DNA of 64,000 bases from NCBI GenBank assembly GCA_963740355.1, contig CAVUDW010000003.1, positions 1,504,001-1,568,000 on the forward strand, in the 5' to 3' direction. Of this stretch, positions 45,880 through 55,234 are shown piece after piece. Numbering within the stretch: the stretch's first letter is position 1; each line of letters starts with the position of its first letter. Below the pieces are notes generated by a model. It saw only the letters and a list, made by a program, of their open reading frames with translations. It made no database searches and had not been told where the DNA came from. The position numbers were made by a program, and so were the translations under genes. Source of the DNA: an uncultured Gemmatimonadaceae bacterium. GTDB lineage: Bacteria; Gemmatimonadota; Gemmatimonadetes; Gemmatimonadales; Gemmatimonadaceae.

Positions 45880-46500
45880 ATGCGCCTGACTCTGCTTGCA
45901 GGTTCCCTGCTTCTGGCAACGAGCGTTGCCACACCCGCCTTGGCGCAACGCCCAGCGGCACTCGGCCCAAGCGACGGGCGAGACCTGCAGCCGACTGAAA
46001 TCGAACGGGTCGCGATCGGCAGCCGCGCTCCCGACTTCACGCTTCGCAGGATGAGTGGCGGTACCGTGACCTTGTCTTCATTCCGTGGCAAGAAGAACGT
46101 CGTGCTGGTATTCTATCGCGGATACTGGTGCCCCTACTGCATCAAGCAGTTGGCCGGTATGCGTCAGCTGCTCGACAGCGAGATGAAGAAGGGGACCGAA
46201 CTACTGGCGGTGTCGGTCGACGATTCGGCGGGCACGCAACGGACCATCGGTCGCATCAGTGCGGACGGAATCGCGCCTGACTTCGCCTTCCTCTCCGACC
46301 CGGATCATGCGGTGATCGCACGTTACGGAATCTTGAATCCGTCCGGAGGAGACCGCGGGATTCCTCATCCGGCGACGTATGTCATCGATCGTGATGGCGT
46401 GGTGCGCTGGCGCGACATCGAGACTGACTACAAGATCCGACCCACGAACGACGCGGTGCTTGCCGCGGTTCGCGCCCTGCCTACCCCGACAAACCGTTAG
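45880..46500 (+). CDS. Exported AhpC/TSA-family redoxin
   Basis: Signal peptide, APDFTL, FYRGYWCPYC, PATYVID. Confidence 0.88.
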   Translation: MRLTLLAGSLLLATSVATPALAQRPAALGPSDGRDLQPTEIERVAIGSRAPDFTLRRMSGGTVTLSSFRGKKNVVLVFYRGYWCPYCIKQLAGMRQLLDSEMKKGTELLAVSVDDSAGTQRTIGRISADGIAPDFAFLSDPDHAVIARYGILNPSGGDRGIPHPATYVIDRDGVVRWRDIETDYKIRPTNDAVLAAVRALPTPTNR

Positions 46501-47598
46501 ATGGCGCGTCGTGCGTTACGTGTGATGCAACAGCTTGCACGCTGGATGCGAAACGACGCGCCCGCGCGCCTGGCCCTCGCTGGACTTCTCGTCGCCGCGG
46601 CAACGTCGCCAGCTGAGGCCCAGGTGGCGCGCGGCCGCACTGTGACGCAGGACCGAGTGCTGGCCTTCACCCTTGACCGTGACACGCATGCGGTGACGGT
46701 GCACGATCGCCTGAATGACAGCACACTCGCTGTCGTCACCGTGTGTGCCGATGCGACGGGCGGGGCTTTGTCACCAGACGACGTCTCGTTCATCGTCGCC
46801 TGCCGGAATGCACCCTCCATGGCAATCAATACTGCTGCCCTCGTTGCGGGTGCCGTGCCGGCCGCCCCTCCCGCCCCGCGTCGCGCTGCCTTCCGCGCCA
46901 AGAACGAGGTGGTCGTGGTTGGCACCATCCATGGCGAGCATCGCACCAGCACCCGCTATGGCACGCGCGTGTTGCACGACCTGTTGCGTGAGATGCATCC
47001 TGATTTTGTGCTGACTGAAATTCCGCCCAATCGCTTCGCGGCCGCGATGGATGAGTTCCAGCGTACGGGAACCATCACCGAGCCACGGGTGAGCCGCTTC
47101 CCGGAATATGTGGATGTGCTCTTCCCGCTCTCGCGGGAAATTTCCTTGACCATCATCCCGACAGCTGGCTGGACCCGGCCGATGGACCTGTATCGGAACG
47201 CGGCGCTCAAGCGCCTATCCGCCGACCCGTCACGCCGCGTGCAGTACGAGGCACACATCAACGCGCAGAAGCTGGCCGACTCGATCGTGACGGCACGCGG
47301 CAGCGACGATCCCTATTTCATCAATTCGGCCGCCTACGATTCGTTGCAGACGGTCGCGCACATTCCTTACAACCGCTACTTCAATCGCGACCTCGGCCCC
47401 GGTGGCTGGGACAACATCAACGTCACACACTTCGGCCTGATCAGCGCCGCGCTCGACGCACACCGCGGCGAGGGTAAACGCTTCGTGATCACCTATGGCG
47501 CTGGGCACAAGGAGTGGTTCATGCGCCAACTCCGAAAGCGGAGTGATATCGTACTACTCGACGTGAAGCCCTTTCTCGAGCGGATCGGCGCGCGGTAG
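46501..47598 (+). CDS. Hypothetical exported protein
   Basis: Signal-like segment; GTIH...E...YGAGH pattern suggestive of a TraB/Tiki-like metal site (weak). Confidence 0.6.
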   Translation: MARRALRVMQQLARWMRNDAPARLALAGLLVAAATSPAEAQVARGRTVTQDRVLAFTLDRDTHAVTVHDRLNDSTLAVVTVCADATGGALSPDDVSFIVACRNAPSMAINTAALVAGAVPAAPPAPRRAAFRAKNEVVVVGTIHGEHRTSTRYGTRVLHDLLREMHPDFVLTEIPPNRFAAAMDEFQRTGTITEPRVSRFPEYVDVLFPLSREISLTIIPTAGWTRPMDLYRNAALKRLSADPSRRVQYEAHINAQKLADSIVTARGSDDPYFINSAAYDSLQTVAHIPYNRYFNRDLGPGGWDNINVTHFGLISAALDAHRGEGKRFVITYGAGHKEWFMRQLRKRSDIVLLDVKPFLERIGAR

Positions 47599-48087
47599 CG
47601 CGAGCCGCATCGCAACCGCGCTCGCGGGGCAGCCCTGCTTCCACTCGTGCGCCATCATCACCGCGGCCGGTGCGGCATCGCGGGCAGTCCGCGTGAAGCC
47701 AAACCGGGGCCAGTAGTCAGCGGCGGTTTCCGTCAGCAGGTACAGCGCTGCCAGCCGCTCACCTTCCGCCCACGACAGTCGGTCTTCGGTCAGTGCCGCG
47801 CCAACGCCGTGCCCGCGCAATCGCTCGTCGACCACGGCAGAGCGCAGCAGGCCGTAGGTCTCGCCACCGTCGACCTCCGTGTCGCGGTACAACTCCACCC
47901 CGGCTGAACCGATCACCGTGCCCGACGCGACGTCGACTGCGACGGCGAACTGTGGCCCGAACTGGGCGTCCAGCCCATTGGGCGCCAACCTGGCCGCCGC
48001 CAGCAATGCCGAGACCGCACTGAGATCGTCTGCTGAAGCAGGGCGGACCGAAAACGTTGGAGGCGTCTCGATTTGTGAACTCGTCAT
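47554..48087 (-). CDS. GNAT N-acetyltransferase (ArsN2-like)
   Basis: GLLRSAVV, RGHGVG, LYLLTETA, CPASAVAM. Confidence 0.85.
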   Translation of the reverse strand: MTSSQIETPPTFSVRPASADDLSAVSALLAAARLAPNGLDAQFGPQFAVAVDVASGTVIGSAGVELYRDTEVDGGETYGLLRSAVVDERLRGHGVGAALTEDRLSWAEGERLAALYLLTETAADYWPRFGFTRTARDAAPAAVMMAHEWKQGCPASAVAMRLALPRADPLEKGLHVE

Positions 48088-48203
48088 GACTGGTCCCGAT
48101 GGGGTCGCGGTCGTACGGAATGGTGGACGGTAGGCAGCCGGCGACCGCGCTGTCAACGATGCCCCCGCTGCGGTGTCGGCCATATCGCGCTACACTGACG
48201 TTC

Positions 48204-49430
48204 GTGACGACACCAACGCCGCGCCAACTGCTCGAAACGATCTACCACGACGCCATCGCTGCGCTCCAGCCGGAACCAGCCGTCGCATCAGCGCTCGACG
48301 CCGTCTACGGCCCTGGCCACTGGCCCCCATCGATTCACGTGGTCGCGATCGGCAAGGCGTCGCACACCATGGCAGCGGCGGCGTTGGAGTGGTGCGCCGC
48401 GAAGCAGGTGCAGGTGCTCGGCGGGTTGTGCATCGCGCACGTCGCTGGCGGTGCCCCCCTTGGGCCGCTCACCATGCTCACCGGCAATCACCCGATTCCC
48501 GGGCCAGACTCCGCCACCGCAGCCGAGGGTGTCGGGACGTACATCGCAGAGCGTGTGCGTGAGCGCGACGCGGTGCTGGTGCTGCTCTCGGGCGGAACCT
48601 CAGCGCTGATCGGGGCACCGCTCGCCGGTCTATCGCCGGACGAATACGCGTCGACGACGGAGGCACTGATTGGTGGTGGGCTGAGCATCAACGCGATAAA
48701 TCGTGAACGCCGCCGTCTCTCTCGATGGGCACGCGGTCGCCTTGGCGAGGCGCTCCAGGCCCGCGGGGCGACGGTCGAGGTGCTGGTGATCTCCGATGTG
48801 ATCGGCGACGATCTGGCATCGATCGGCAGCGGGCCCTGCATCCCTGATGCAACCAGCGACGCGCCACCGATTCCGCATCGCATCATCAGCAGCAATCGCG
48901 CCGCGCGCGAACTGGTGCTCGCCGCGGCGCAGCGGAACGGCCTGACGCCGGTGCGCGTCGATGAACCGCTGCGCGGCGACGTTGGATACTGTGCCGAACG
49001 GATCGCGCTGGTGCTGCGCACACACGCCATGCACGCGCGCACCGGCTCCCACGCGCACAAGCTGGTGTGCTGGGGCGGCGAACCGACGGTGACCTTGCCC
49101 GGACCGCACGCCCCGCCGGGCGGCCGCATGCAAGCGCTGGCCCTCGCGCTCGCGAAGGAATTGCACAATGCCGGCGCCGATGCCCGCAGCATCACGATCC
49201 TCGCCGCAGGCACGGATGGCCGCGACGGTGCGACCGATGCGGCAGGTGCGGTCGTGGACGGACGAACCTGGTCCGCGATCCGCAGTGTCGGGCGCGCGCC
49301 GGAGCACGATCTGGCGTCGTACCAGAGCCATCAGGCGCTGTCGCTGATCGGCGCGCTGGTTCCGGCCTTCGCGAGTGGCACCAACGTGAATGACCTCGTC
49401 ATCGCGCTGGTCCAGCGCGACGAGGACTAG
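48204..49430 (+). CDS. Glycerate kinase, MOFRL/DUF4147 family
   Basis: IGKAS, HPIP, LSGGTSAL, ISDVIGDD, GGEPTV, GTDGRDG, GTNVND. Confidence 0.92.
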   Translation: MTTPTPRQLLETIYHDAIAALQPEPAVASALDAVYGPGHWPPSIHVVAIGKASHTMAAAALEWCAAKQVQVLGGLCIAHVAGGAPLGPLTMLTGNHPIPGPDSATAAEGVGTYIAERVRERDAVLVLLSGGTSALIGAPLAGLSPDEYASTTEALIGGGLSINAINRERRRLSRWARGRLGEALQARGATVEVLVISDVIGDDLASIGSGPCIPDATSDAPPIPHRIISSNRAARELVLAAAQRNGLTPVRVDEPLRGDVGYCAERIALVLRTHAMHARTGSHAHKLVCWGGEPTVTLPGPHAPPGGRMQALALALAKELHNAGADARSITILAAGTDGRDGATDAAGAVVDGRTWSAIRSVGRAPEHDLASYQSHQALSLIGALVPAFASGTNVNDLVIALVQRDED

Positions 49431-49436
49431 CGGAAG

Positions 49437-50432
49437 CTACGTACCGAGCGCGGCGAGGAATTCTGTCATGTCTTCGATCGCGGAAATGCTGTGCACCTCC
49501 CGGAACACGAGCAGTGCCGCTTCACCACTCGCGCGAGCAGTCCCGAGCTCACGCCGCCTCAACGCAATGTTCGCCTGCATCTGCAGGGCCTGACCCTCCT
49601 GCAGCCGGTGCCCGTGCGTCTGTGCAAGCCGGATCGCCTGCACTAATGCGCCATCGGCACCGAGTGTGTCTCCAAGCTGGTCCGCGGCGTCGGCGAGCAT
49701 CCACCACGCATCTGCCTCGAGGAGGAAGTCGGGCAGCGCGCTGAAAACCTTGATCGCGCGCGTCAGCGTCGCATGCGCCCACGCGGGATCGCCGCGGCGC
49801 AGCGCGATGTCCGCGCGGCCGGCGAGGGCCATCGCTGACAATCGCTCGTCCGGCGCCTCACGTGCGAACTCGATGGCGCGCCGCTCCGCCTCATCCGCTG
49901 CGGTCAGTTCGCCGCGCATCCGATATGCGATGCCGAGATTGTGAGAGCTTTCCGCGAGGCCACGGGCATGCCCGAGCCGCTGGTACGCCGGCATGGCCAG
50001 TTGGTACGCAGCGATCGCGCGGTCTGCGTCACCGTGCAGGGCGGCAATGGCACCGAGGTTGTTGGTTGCCCGCGCCGTGAGTAGCGCGTCGTCGTCCCGC
50101 CGTGACCGCGACAGCGCATCGCCGAAGTGATCGGCGGCGACATCGAGCATGCCGAGCGAGAAAGCCGCAGCGCCCTGCATGTTGATCGCGCGTCGCAACG
50201 CAGGCTGGTCGCCGGAACGATCCAGTAGCGTGGCCGCGCGCGTCAACCATGTCGTGGCGGTCCGAGGATCCCCCGTGCGCAAGCACGCCTCTGCCAGCAG
50301 GATGGCCCGCGCGCCGTCCTGCTCCGTGGCGATGGCGTCCTGTTCCAGGGTTGAACGCACGTCTGCCCACGCCCCGGCAACAGCCGAGACGCGCGCCACG
50401 TTCAACACCGGATCACCGCCGAGAAGCGACAT
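49437..50432 (-). CDS. TPR protein (module copy B)
   Basis: ARATNNLGAIA, AESSHNLGIAY repeats; paralog of 53595-54590. Confidence 0.88.
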   Translation of the reverse strand: MSLLGGDPVLNVARVSAVAGAWADVRSTLEQDAIATEQDGARAILLAEACLRTGDPRTATTWLTRAATLLDRSGDQPALRRAINMQGAAAFSLGMLDVAADHFGDALSRSRRDDDALLTARATNNLGAIAALHGDADRAIAAYQLAMPAYQRLGHARGLAESSHNLGIAYRMRGELTAADEAERRAIEFAREAPDERLSAMALAGRADIALRRGDPAWAHATLTRAIKVFSALPDFLLEADAWWMLADAADQLGDTLGADGALVQAIRLAQTHGHRLQEGQALQMQANIALRRRELGTARASGEAALLVFREVHSISAIEDMTEFLAALGT

Positions 50433-50448
50433 GACTCTTTAGTACGCG

Positions 50449-51084
50449 TTAGTACGCGATGGCGTGCGCGGTGAATGAGAGCAAGTCGGCCTTCACTTCA
50501 CTCAGGTTCCCCGAGATCTCGACCGCGCTGGTCAGCTTGAACCATGGCTGCCCAACGGCTTCCTGCTTCCAGATCGCGAACGACGGCACGAGGTTGGTGT
50601 CGGTCTGGTTGACCGATCCGTCACGATTGAAGTCGGGGTCACAGTTCTTGAAGTCGAGCCGGAGTTCCGCCGGCCGCGAGTCGCTGAACGTGAGCCCACT
50701 CGGCGCAAAGTCCGTGATCAGTTTGGTGAAGTCGCGAACGCGAATCGTGATACGTACCGAATCACCCGCCGCGAAGGCCGAGCCGTCGGGGCGACGAAGC
50801 AACGATTCGTTCCTCACGCGAAAACGCAGGAACCGCACCGAGTCTGTGTTCCCGGGGTTCGGGCGATAGTACATCGCGACCTCACGATCCTGGCCCTTCA
50901 CCGCCCAGAAGCTGACGCTGTCGGTGCGTAGCGCGGTACCCGTCGCGGGCTTGAGAAACCGCAGGCTGGTCTCGGGCGTGCCGCTACCGCCTGGCGTTGG
51001 CGTCGGATTGACCGGGGTGTCACTGGAGCAGGCGATGGCCAGCATCGCCGTCAGGGCGACCGCCGCCCATGTCGTATGTCGCAT
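50449..51084 (-). CDS. Lipoprotein with DxNxDG loop (module copy B)
   Basis: Lipobox LAIAC; DFNRDGSVNQTD; paralog of 54598-55233. Confidence 0.82.
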   Translation of the reverse strand: MRHTTWAAVALTAMLAIACSSDTPVNPTPTPGGSGTPETSLRFLKPATGTALRTDSVSFWAVKGQDREVAMYYRPNPGNTDSVRFLRFRVRNESLLRRPDGSAFAAGDSVRITIRVRDFTKLITDFAPSGLTFSDSRPAELRLDFKNCDPDFNRDGSVNQTDTNLVPSFAIWKQEAVGQPWFKLTSAVEISGNLSEVKADLLSFTAHAIAY

Positions 51085-51085
51085 C

Positions 51086-52459
51086 TCAGAAATCCTCGTT
51101 GAGTTCATCATCGGTCGCGCCAGAAGCCTGCGCATCCAGCAACCGCTGCAACCGCGGTCGGCTGATGCCAAGTCGTCGCGCCGCTTCGCTCTTGTTGCCA
51201 CCGCATCGTTGTAGCATGGCACTGGCCGCACCACGCGCCAGCATCGACAGCGACGCCGGCCATGGCAACTCGCCACCGGCAGCCCCTGCCGCCACCGTGG
51301 CGCCGTCGCCAGCCATGTCCGCAACGTCCATCCGTACCCCATCACAGAGCAGCAGCGCCCGCTCGATGACGTTCCGCAGCTCGCGCACGTTGCCCGGCCA
51401 GGAACGCTCCACCAGCGACCGCTGCGCCGCCGCTGACAACTGCGGCACGGGCATCATGCCATACTCGTGCGCAAACTTGCTCACGAACGCCTGCGCCAAG
51501 CCGACGACATCGTCCGCCCGATCGCGCAGCGGCGGCAGTTCGATCGGCATCACGTTCAGCCGATACCACAGGTCTTCGCGAAATTCCTTGCGCGCCACCG
51601 CTGCCTTCAGCTCGACATGTGTCGCCGCGATCACGCGCACATCGAAGGGAATGGTGCGTGTGCCGCCCACGCGTCGCAGCGTGCGTTCTTCCAGCACCCG
51701 CAACAGCTTGCCCTGCAGGGTCAGCGGCAGGTGGCCGATCTCATCGAGGAACAAGGTGCCGCCGTGCGCCAGCTCGAAGAGCCCAGGCTTCGCCGCGCGG
51801 GCATCGGTGAAGGCGCCCGCTTCGTGACCGAACAACTCACTTTCCAGGAGATTGTCGGGAATGGCGGTGCAGTTCACATCCACGAACGGCTGCTTGCCGC
51901 GTGGTCCGTTGTAGTGGATGGCGCGCGCGAACAACTCCTTGCCGGTTCCCGTCTCGCCAGTGAGCAACACCGTGACATTCGCGTGTGGAATCACCCGTGC
52001 CGCGCGTGTCAGTGCTGCCCGCAAGGCCGGGCTCGAGCCGAGGATTCCGTCAAAGGAGTATTTCATCCCTTCACGTGACGCGAAGGCGGAGCCATCACCC
52101 TGCTCCGCAATGCGCCGCGCCGCATCGTTCACCCAGCTTCGCAAGGCCTCGAGATCGCCTGGCAGCGCGAAGTACTCCTGTGCGCCATGCCGCATGGCAC
52201 TCACCGCCAGCCGATGGTCGGCCACCGACCCGACCACTGCCGTGAACGAGGGCACCGCCACCCGTTCGAGAGCGCTGATCGCATCACGTTCCACGCCGCC
52301 CGCCGCGAGCAGATGTATGGCATCCGGCGTTGCCGACCACGCAGCGAGCCCCTCGCTGGTGGAGGGATGTGCCTGCAGCGACGCGCCGGATGCCGTGGCC
52401 AGTTCCGGCCACAGCATCTCGAACGAATCCGACCAGCCAAGGAGTGCGAGCGTCGTCAC
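51086..52459 (-). CDS. Sigma54-dependent activator with degenerate receiver domain (copy B)
   Basis: GETGTGKE, GAFTDA, LFLDEI, WPGNVREL, Fis-type HTH. Confidence 0.95.
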   Translation of the reverse strand: MTTLALLGWSDSFEMLWPELATASGASLQAHPSTSEGLAAWSATPDAIHLLAAGGVERDAISALERVAVPSFTAVVGSVADHRLAVSAMRHGAQEYFALPGDLEALRSWVNDAARRIAEQGDGSAFASREGMKYSFDGILGSSPALRAALTRAARVIPHANVTVLLTGETGTGKELFARAIHYNGPRGKQPFVDVNCTAIPDNLLESELFGHEAGAFTDARAAKPGLFELAHGGTLFLDEIGHLPLTLQGKLLRVLEERTLRRVGGTRTIPFDVRVIAATHVELKAAVARKEFREDLWYRLNVMPIELPPLRDRADDVVGLAQAFVSKFAHEYGMMPVPQLSAAAQRSLVERSWPGNVRELRNVIERALLLCDGVRMDVADMAGDGATVAAGAAGGELPWPASLSMLARGAASAMLQRCGGNKSEAARRLGISRPRLQRLLDAQASGATDDELNEDF

Positions 52460-52524
52460 CAGTATCGATGGCGCTCGTACCGCGCGCCGAGAGAGGAGTC
52501 ATGTCACGGCACCGGCGCAATCGC

Positions 52525-53370
52525 TCAGCCGTGGCCGCTGCCTTCGTGTCCACGGCTCGATCCGCGACCACTGTCTTCATGGCCATCGCGATCCCGATCG
52601 CCGAAGGCGCGGAAGGACGTCATGATATTCTGGTCGATCGCGGCCTGATTTGCGACCGTCGGGGCCAACAAGGCACCACCAGCGCTCTTGAACCAGGAAG
52701 ACAGATCGAGTGCGATCGAGACATTGTCGTTCACGCCCGACTGCACCACGAGTGAGGGCTCGAACTCGAACTCCACCTCGGCGCGCGCCTTGCTCAGGAA
52801 CGTGAACGCGGTGCCCTTGTAGGTACCGCTCACCTTCACGGTGACGTCGCGAAACTCCGGGTGTGCGGCCAGAAAGTCCTTGTCGGCCTGTGGGGCGTTG
52901 GCGCTCGTGCTGACGTCGTCGATCTCGAACTCGAATTCATGATAGGTGCCCGCAGGCACGGTCACGGCCAGAGGCGACGTGCTGGCACCGCTCAGCGGTA
53001 GATCGAGCAGCATTGGGCCGAGATCGAGCCGCGAGCAGCCGCCCTTGTCCGAACTGCGACCACGCGTGCTACTGACCGTCATCGAGTCTGGGCACGCCGT
53101 CACCCCTTCGCGACGCAGCTTCACGTTGCCCAGCACCAGCTGCACCTTGTTGATCACCATCGTGTCGGAGGACGTGCCGACGATGATGGCATTGCCGGCG
53201 GCGTTGGTCGCCGCGGTGCCGGTGGCGGCAAACGAGACAGACAACGCGGTGGCACCGGCGGACCCGGCGTCGGTGGTCGCGGTCGCGCCATCGCCACAGG
53301 CGGCGAGGGTGCACAGCAACGTGAGAGGCAGCACCCCAAGAGGGCGCGGTGGGAGCAGGCGTGTGATCAT
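52525..53370 (-). CDS. Lipoprotein of unknown function (copy B, first gene)
   Basis: Lipobox LAAC; paired Cys; C-terminal DRDRDG; paralog of 56684-57508. Confidence 0.82.
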   Translation of the reverse strand: MITRLLPPRPLGVLPLTLLCTLAACGDGATATTDAGSAGATALSVSFAATGTAATNAAGNAIIVGTSSDTMVINKVQLVLGNVKLRREGVTACPDSMTVSSTRGRSSDKGGCSRLDLGPMLLDLPLSGASTSPLAVTVPAGTYHEFEFEIDDVSTSANAPQADKDFLAAHPEFRDVTVKVSGTYKGTAFTFLSKARAEVEFEFEPSLVVQSGVNDNVSIALDLSSWFKSAGGALLAPTVANQAAIDQNIMTSFRAFGDRDRDGHEDSGRGSSRGHEGSGHG

Positions 53371-53423
53371 CAGAATCTCCTGAAGAGGGGCGAACTGTCG
53401 GATGGTTCTCGAGGCTGAAGTGG

Positions 53424-53438
53424 GCATGACACGCGCCA
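53424..53438 (-). promoter_or_regulatory. Sigma54 -24/-12 promoter (copy B)
   Basis: Minus strand TGGCGCGTGTCATGC (GG-N10-GC). Confidence 0.75.
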
Positions 53439-53478
53439 TGCCGCCGTTCGCCGGTTGACCATCACAACCCTCTCAGGG

Positions 53479-53490
53479 ACAACGACTTAC
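53479..53490. promoter_or_regulatory. IHF-like site (copy B)
   Basis: ACAACGACTTAC (CAA-N4-TTA), same offset from the promoter as in copy A. Confidence 0.55.
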
Positions 53491-53543
53491 AAGATTCGCC
53501 CGAGGGCGCAGTGGGGCCGCATCGCGCTCGTGGCGTTCCACCC

Positions 53544-53560
53544 TGTATCGTGGCGATGCA
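53544..53560. promoter_or_regulatory. Palindromic upstream activator site (copy B)
   Basis: TGTATCG-TGG-CGATGCA, 106 bp from the -24 box end. Confidence 0.65.
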
Positions 53561-53594
53561 GCGACAGTGACTGCACGGCCCTCCGCCCTGTCGG

Positions 53595-54590
53595 CTACCG
53601 AGGCAGGCTCGCGATGAATGCAGCCATGTCATTCACGGAGGCCTGGCTGCCGACACGGCTGAACGCGTCGAGCGCATCCGAACCGATTCGTGCGGCTGCC
53701 GTCACGTCGCCGCGTCGCAACATGATGTGGGCGTGCGTCTGAAGGATCTGCGCCTCTTGCAAGAGATGCCCGTGATCACGCGCAAGCTGATACGCTTTCT
53801 CCAGCAGGGTGTCGGCCACGACGGGAATGCGGAGCCGGTCGCTGGCATCAGCCTGCACCCGCACCGCGTCTGCCTGCAGCAGGAAATCAGGCACGGTGCT
53901 GAACAGGGTGGCGGCACGCGATGCGTTGGCGCGCGCCCACAGGAAATCGCCACGGAGCAGCGAAATCTCCGCGCGCCCGACCTGTGCCATCGCAACCAGG
54001 CGCAGGTTGCCGGACTCGTTGGCGTACTCGCTCGCACGACGCTCCGCTTCGTCCGCGTCGTCGAGCTTTCCAAGCGAGCGATACGAGATCCCGAGGTTGT
54101 GCCAACTCTCAGCCAGCCCAAGTGTGTGGCCGAGCCGCTGATAGGCCGGAATGGCGAGTTGGTATGCCGCGATGGCCCCGGCCGTATTGCCGCGAAGCGC
54201 CTCGATGGCGCCAAGGTTGTTGATCGCGCGCGCGGTAAGCAATCCATCGCCATCTACGCGTGCCATGTCCAGCGCGGTCCCGAAACTCTCCGCCGCCGCG
54301 TCGAGCCGACCGAGGGAAAACGCTGCGGCTCCCTGCATGTTGATCGCGCGTCGCTCGGCGGGGCGATCTCCGACGCGCGACAGCAGCCCCGTCGCCGTGT
54401 CGAGCCACCGCCGCGCCGTACGCGCATCGCCCGTGCGAAGGTACGCCTCCGCCAGCAGGAGCGCGCTCGCCCCGTCGCGCCCTGCGACCTCGTCGGCGCC
54501 TGCGAGCTTGTCGCGCACCACACCCCACGCGCCGATACCGGCGGCGGCGCGAGCGGACGACAGCACAGAATCGACGGGTGGTCCTGACAT
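53595..54590 (-). CDS. TPR protein (module copy A)
   Basis: ARAINNLGAIE, AESWHNLGISY repeats. Confidence 0.88.
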   Translation of the reverse strand: MSGPPVDSVLSSARAAAGIGAWGVVRDKLAGADEVAGRDGASALLLAEAYLRTGDARTARRWLDTATGLLSRVGDRPAERRAINMQGAAAFSLGRLDAAAESFGTALDMARVDGDGLLTARAINNLGAIEALRGNTAGAIAAYQLAIPAYQRLGHTLGLAESWHNLGISYRSLGKLDDADEAERRASEYANESGNLRLVAMAQVGRAEISLLRGDFLWARANASRAATLFSTVPDFLLQADAVRVQADASDRLRIPVVADTLLEKAYQLARDHGHLLQEAQILQTHAHIMLRRGDVTAAARIGSDALDAFSRVGSQASVNDMAAFIASLPR

Positions 54591-54597
54591 GATCGCG

Positions 54598-55233
54598 CTA
54601 GTAGGCGATCGCGTGGTTCGTGAACGACAGGATCTGCGCCTCGATCTCCCGCAGATCACCTGAAACTTCGGCGCGGCTCGAGAGTTTGACCCACGGCTGC
54701 CCCGCAAATTCCTGCTTCCAGATGGCGAAGTCCGCGATGCGCAGTGAATCGGCTTGCGTCACGGCGCCATCTCGGTTGTAGTCCTCGTCGCAGTTCTTGA
54801 AGTCGAGCCGCAACTCGGCCGGCTCGGCGGGATTGAACACCAAGCCACTCGGCAAGTACTCCGTGATCACGCGTGCGCTATCGCGCACCTTGATCGTGAT
54901 CCGAATGGAATCGCCGAACACGAATGGCGTCCCATCGGGACGGCGCAAGAGCGCGGCGCCGCCAACCTTGAAGCGCAGGAAGCGTACCGAGTCGCTCTTG
55001 CCCGCAGCGGGGCGGAAGTAGAGCGAGACCTCTCGATCCTTGCCACGGACTGCCCAGAAACTGACGCTGTCCTTGCTCAGGACGGCGCCAGGCGCAAAGC
55101 GGAGAAAGGAAAGTTGAGTTTCGGGACGCGTCGGCGATTCCAGACTCGGATCCACCGGAGCGCCATCGCTGGACGCACAGCCGAGCAGCAACAGCGCTGC
55201 CACCGTGCAAAGAAACTTTCGCTGGTCAAACAT
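54598..55233 (-). CDS. Lipoprotein with DxNxDG loop (copy A)
   Basis: Lipobox LLGC; DYNRDGAVTQAD; ends SFTNHAIAY. Confidence 0.82.
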   Translation of the reverse strand: MFDQRKFLCTVAALLLLGCASSDGAPVDPSLESPTRPETQLSFLRFAPGAVLSKDSVSFWAVRGKDREVSLYFRPAAGKSDSVRFLRFKVGGAALLRRPDGTPFVFGDSIRITIKVRDSARVITEYLPSGLVFNPAEPAELRLDFKNCDEDYNRDGAVTQADSLRIADFAIWKQEFAGQPWVKLSSRAEVSGDLREIEAQILSFTNHAIAY

Positions 55234-55234
55234 T

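Noticed and set aside
45131..46500. Selenocysteine recoding in the two redoxins
   Set aside because: Active-site codons are ordinary Cys (TGC) and both frames are open; no in-frame TGA
47554..48087. Arsenic-resistance locus
   Set aside because: Only an ArsN2-like GNAT is present; no arsR, arsB or arsC nearby
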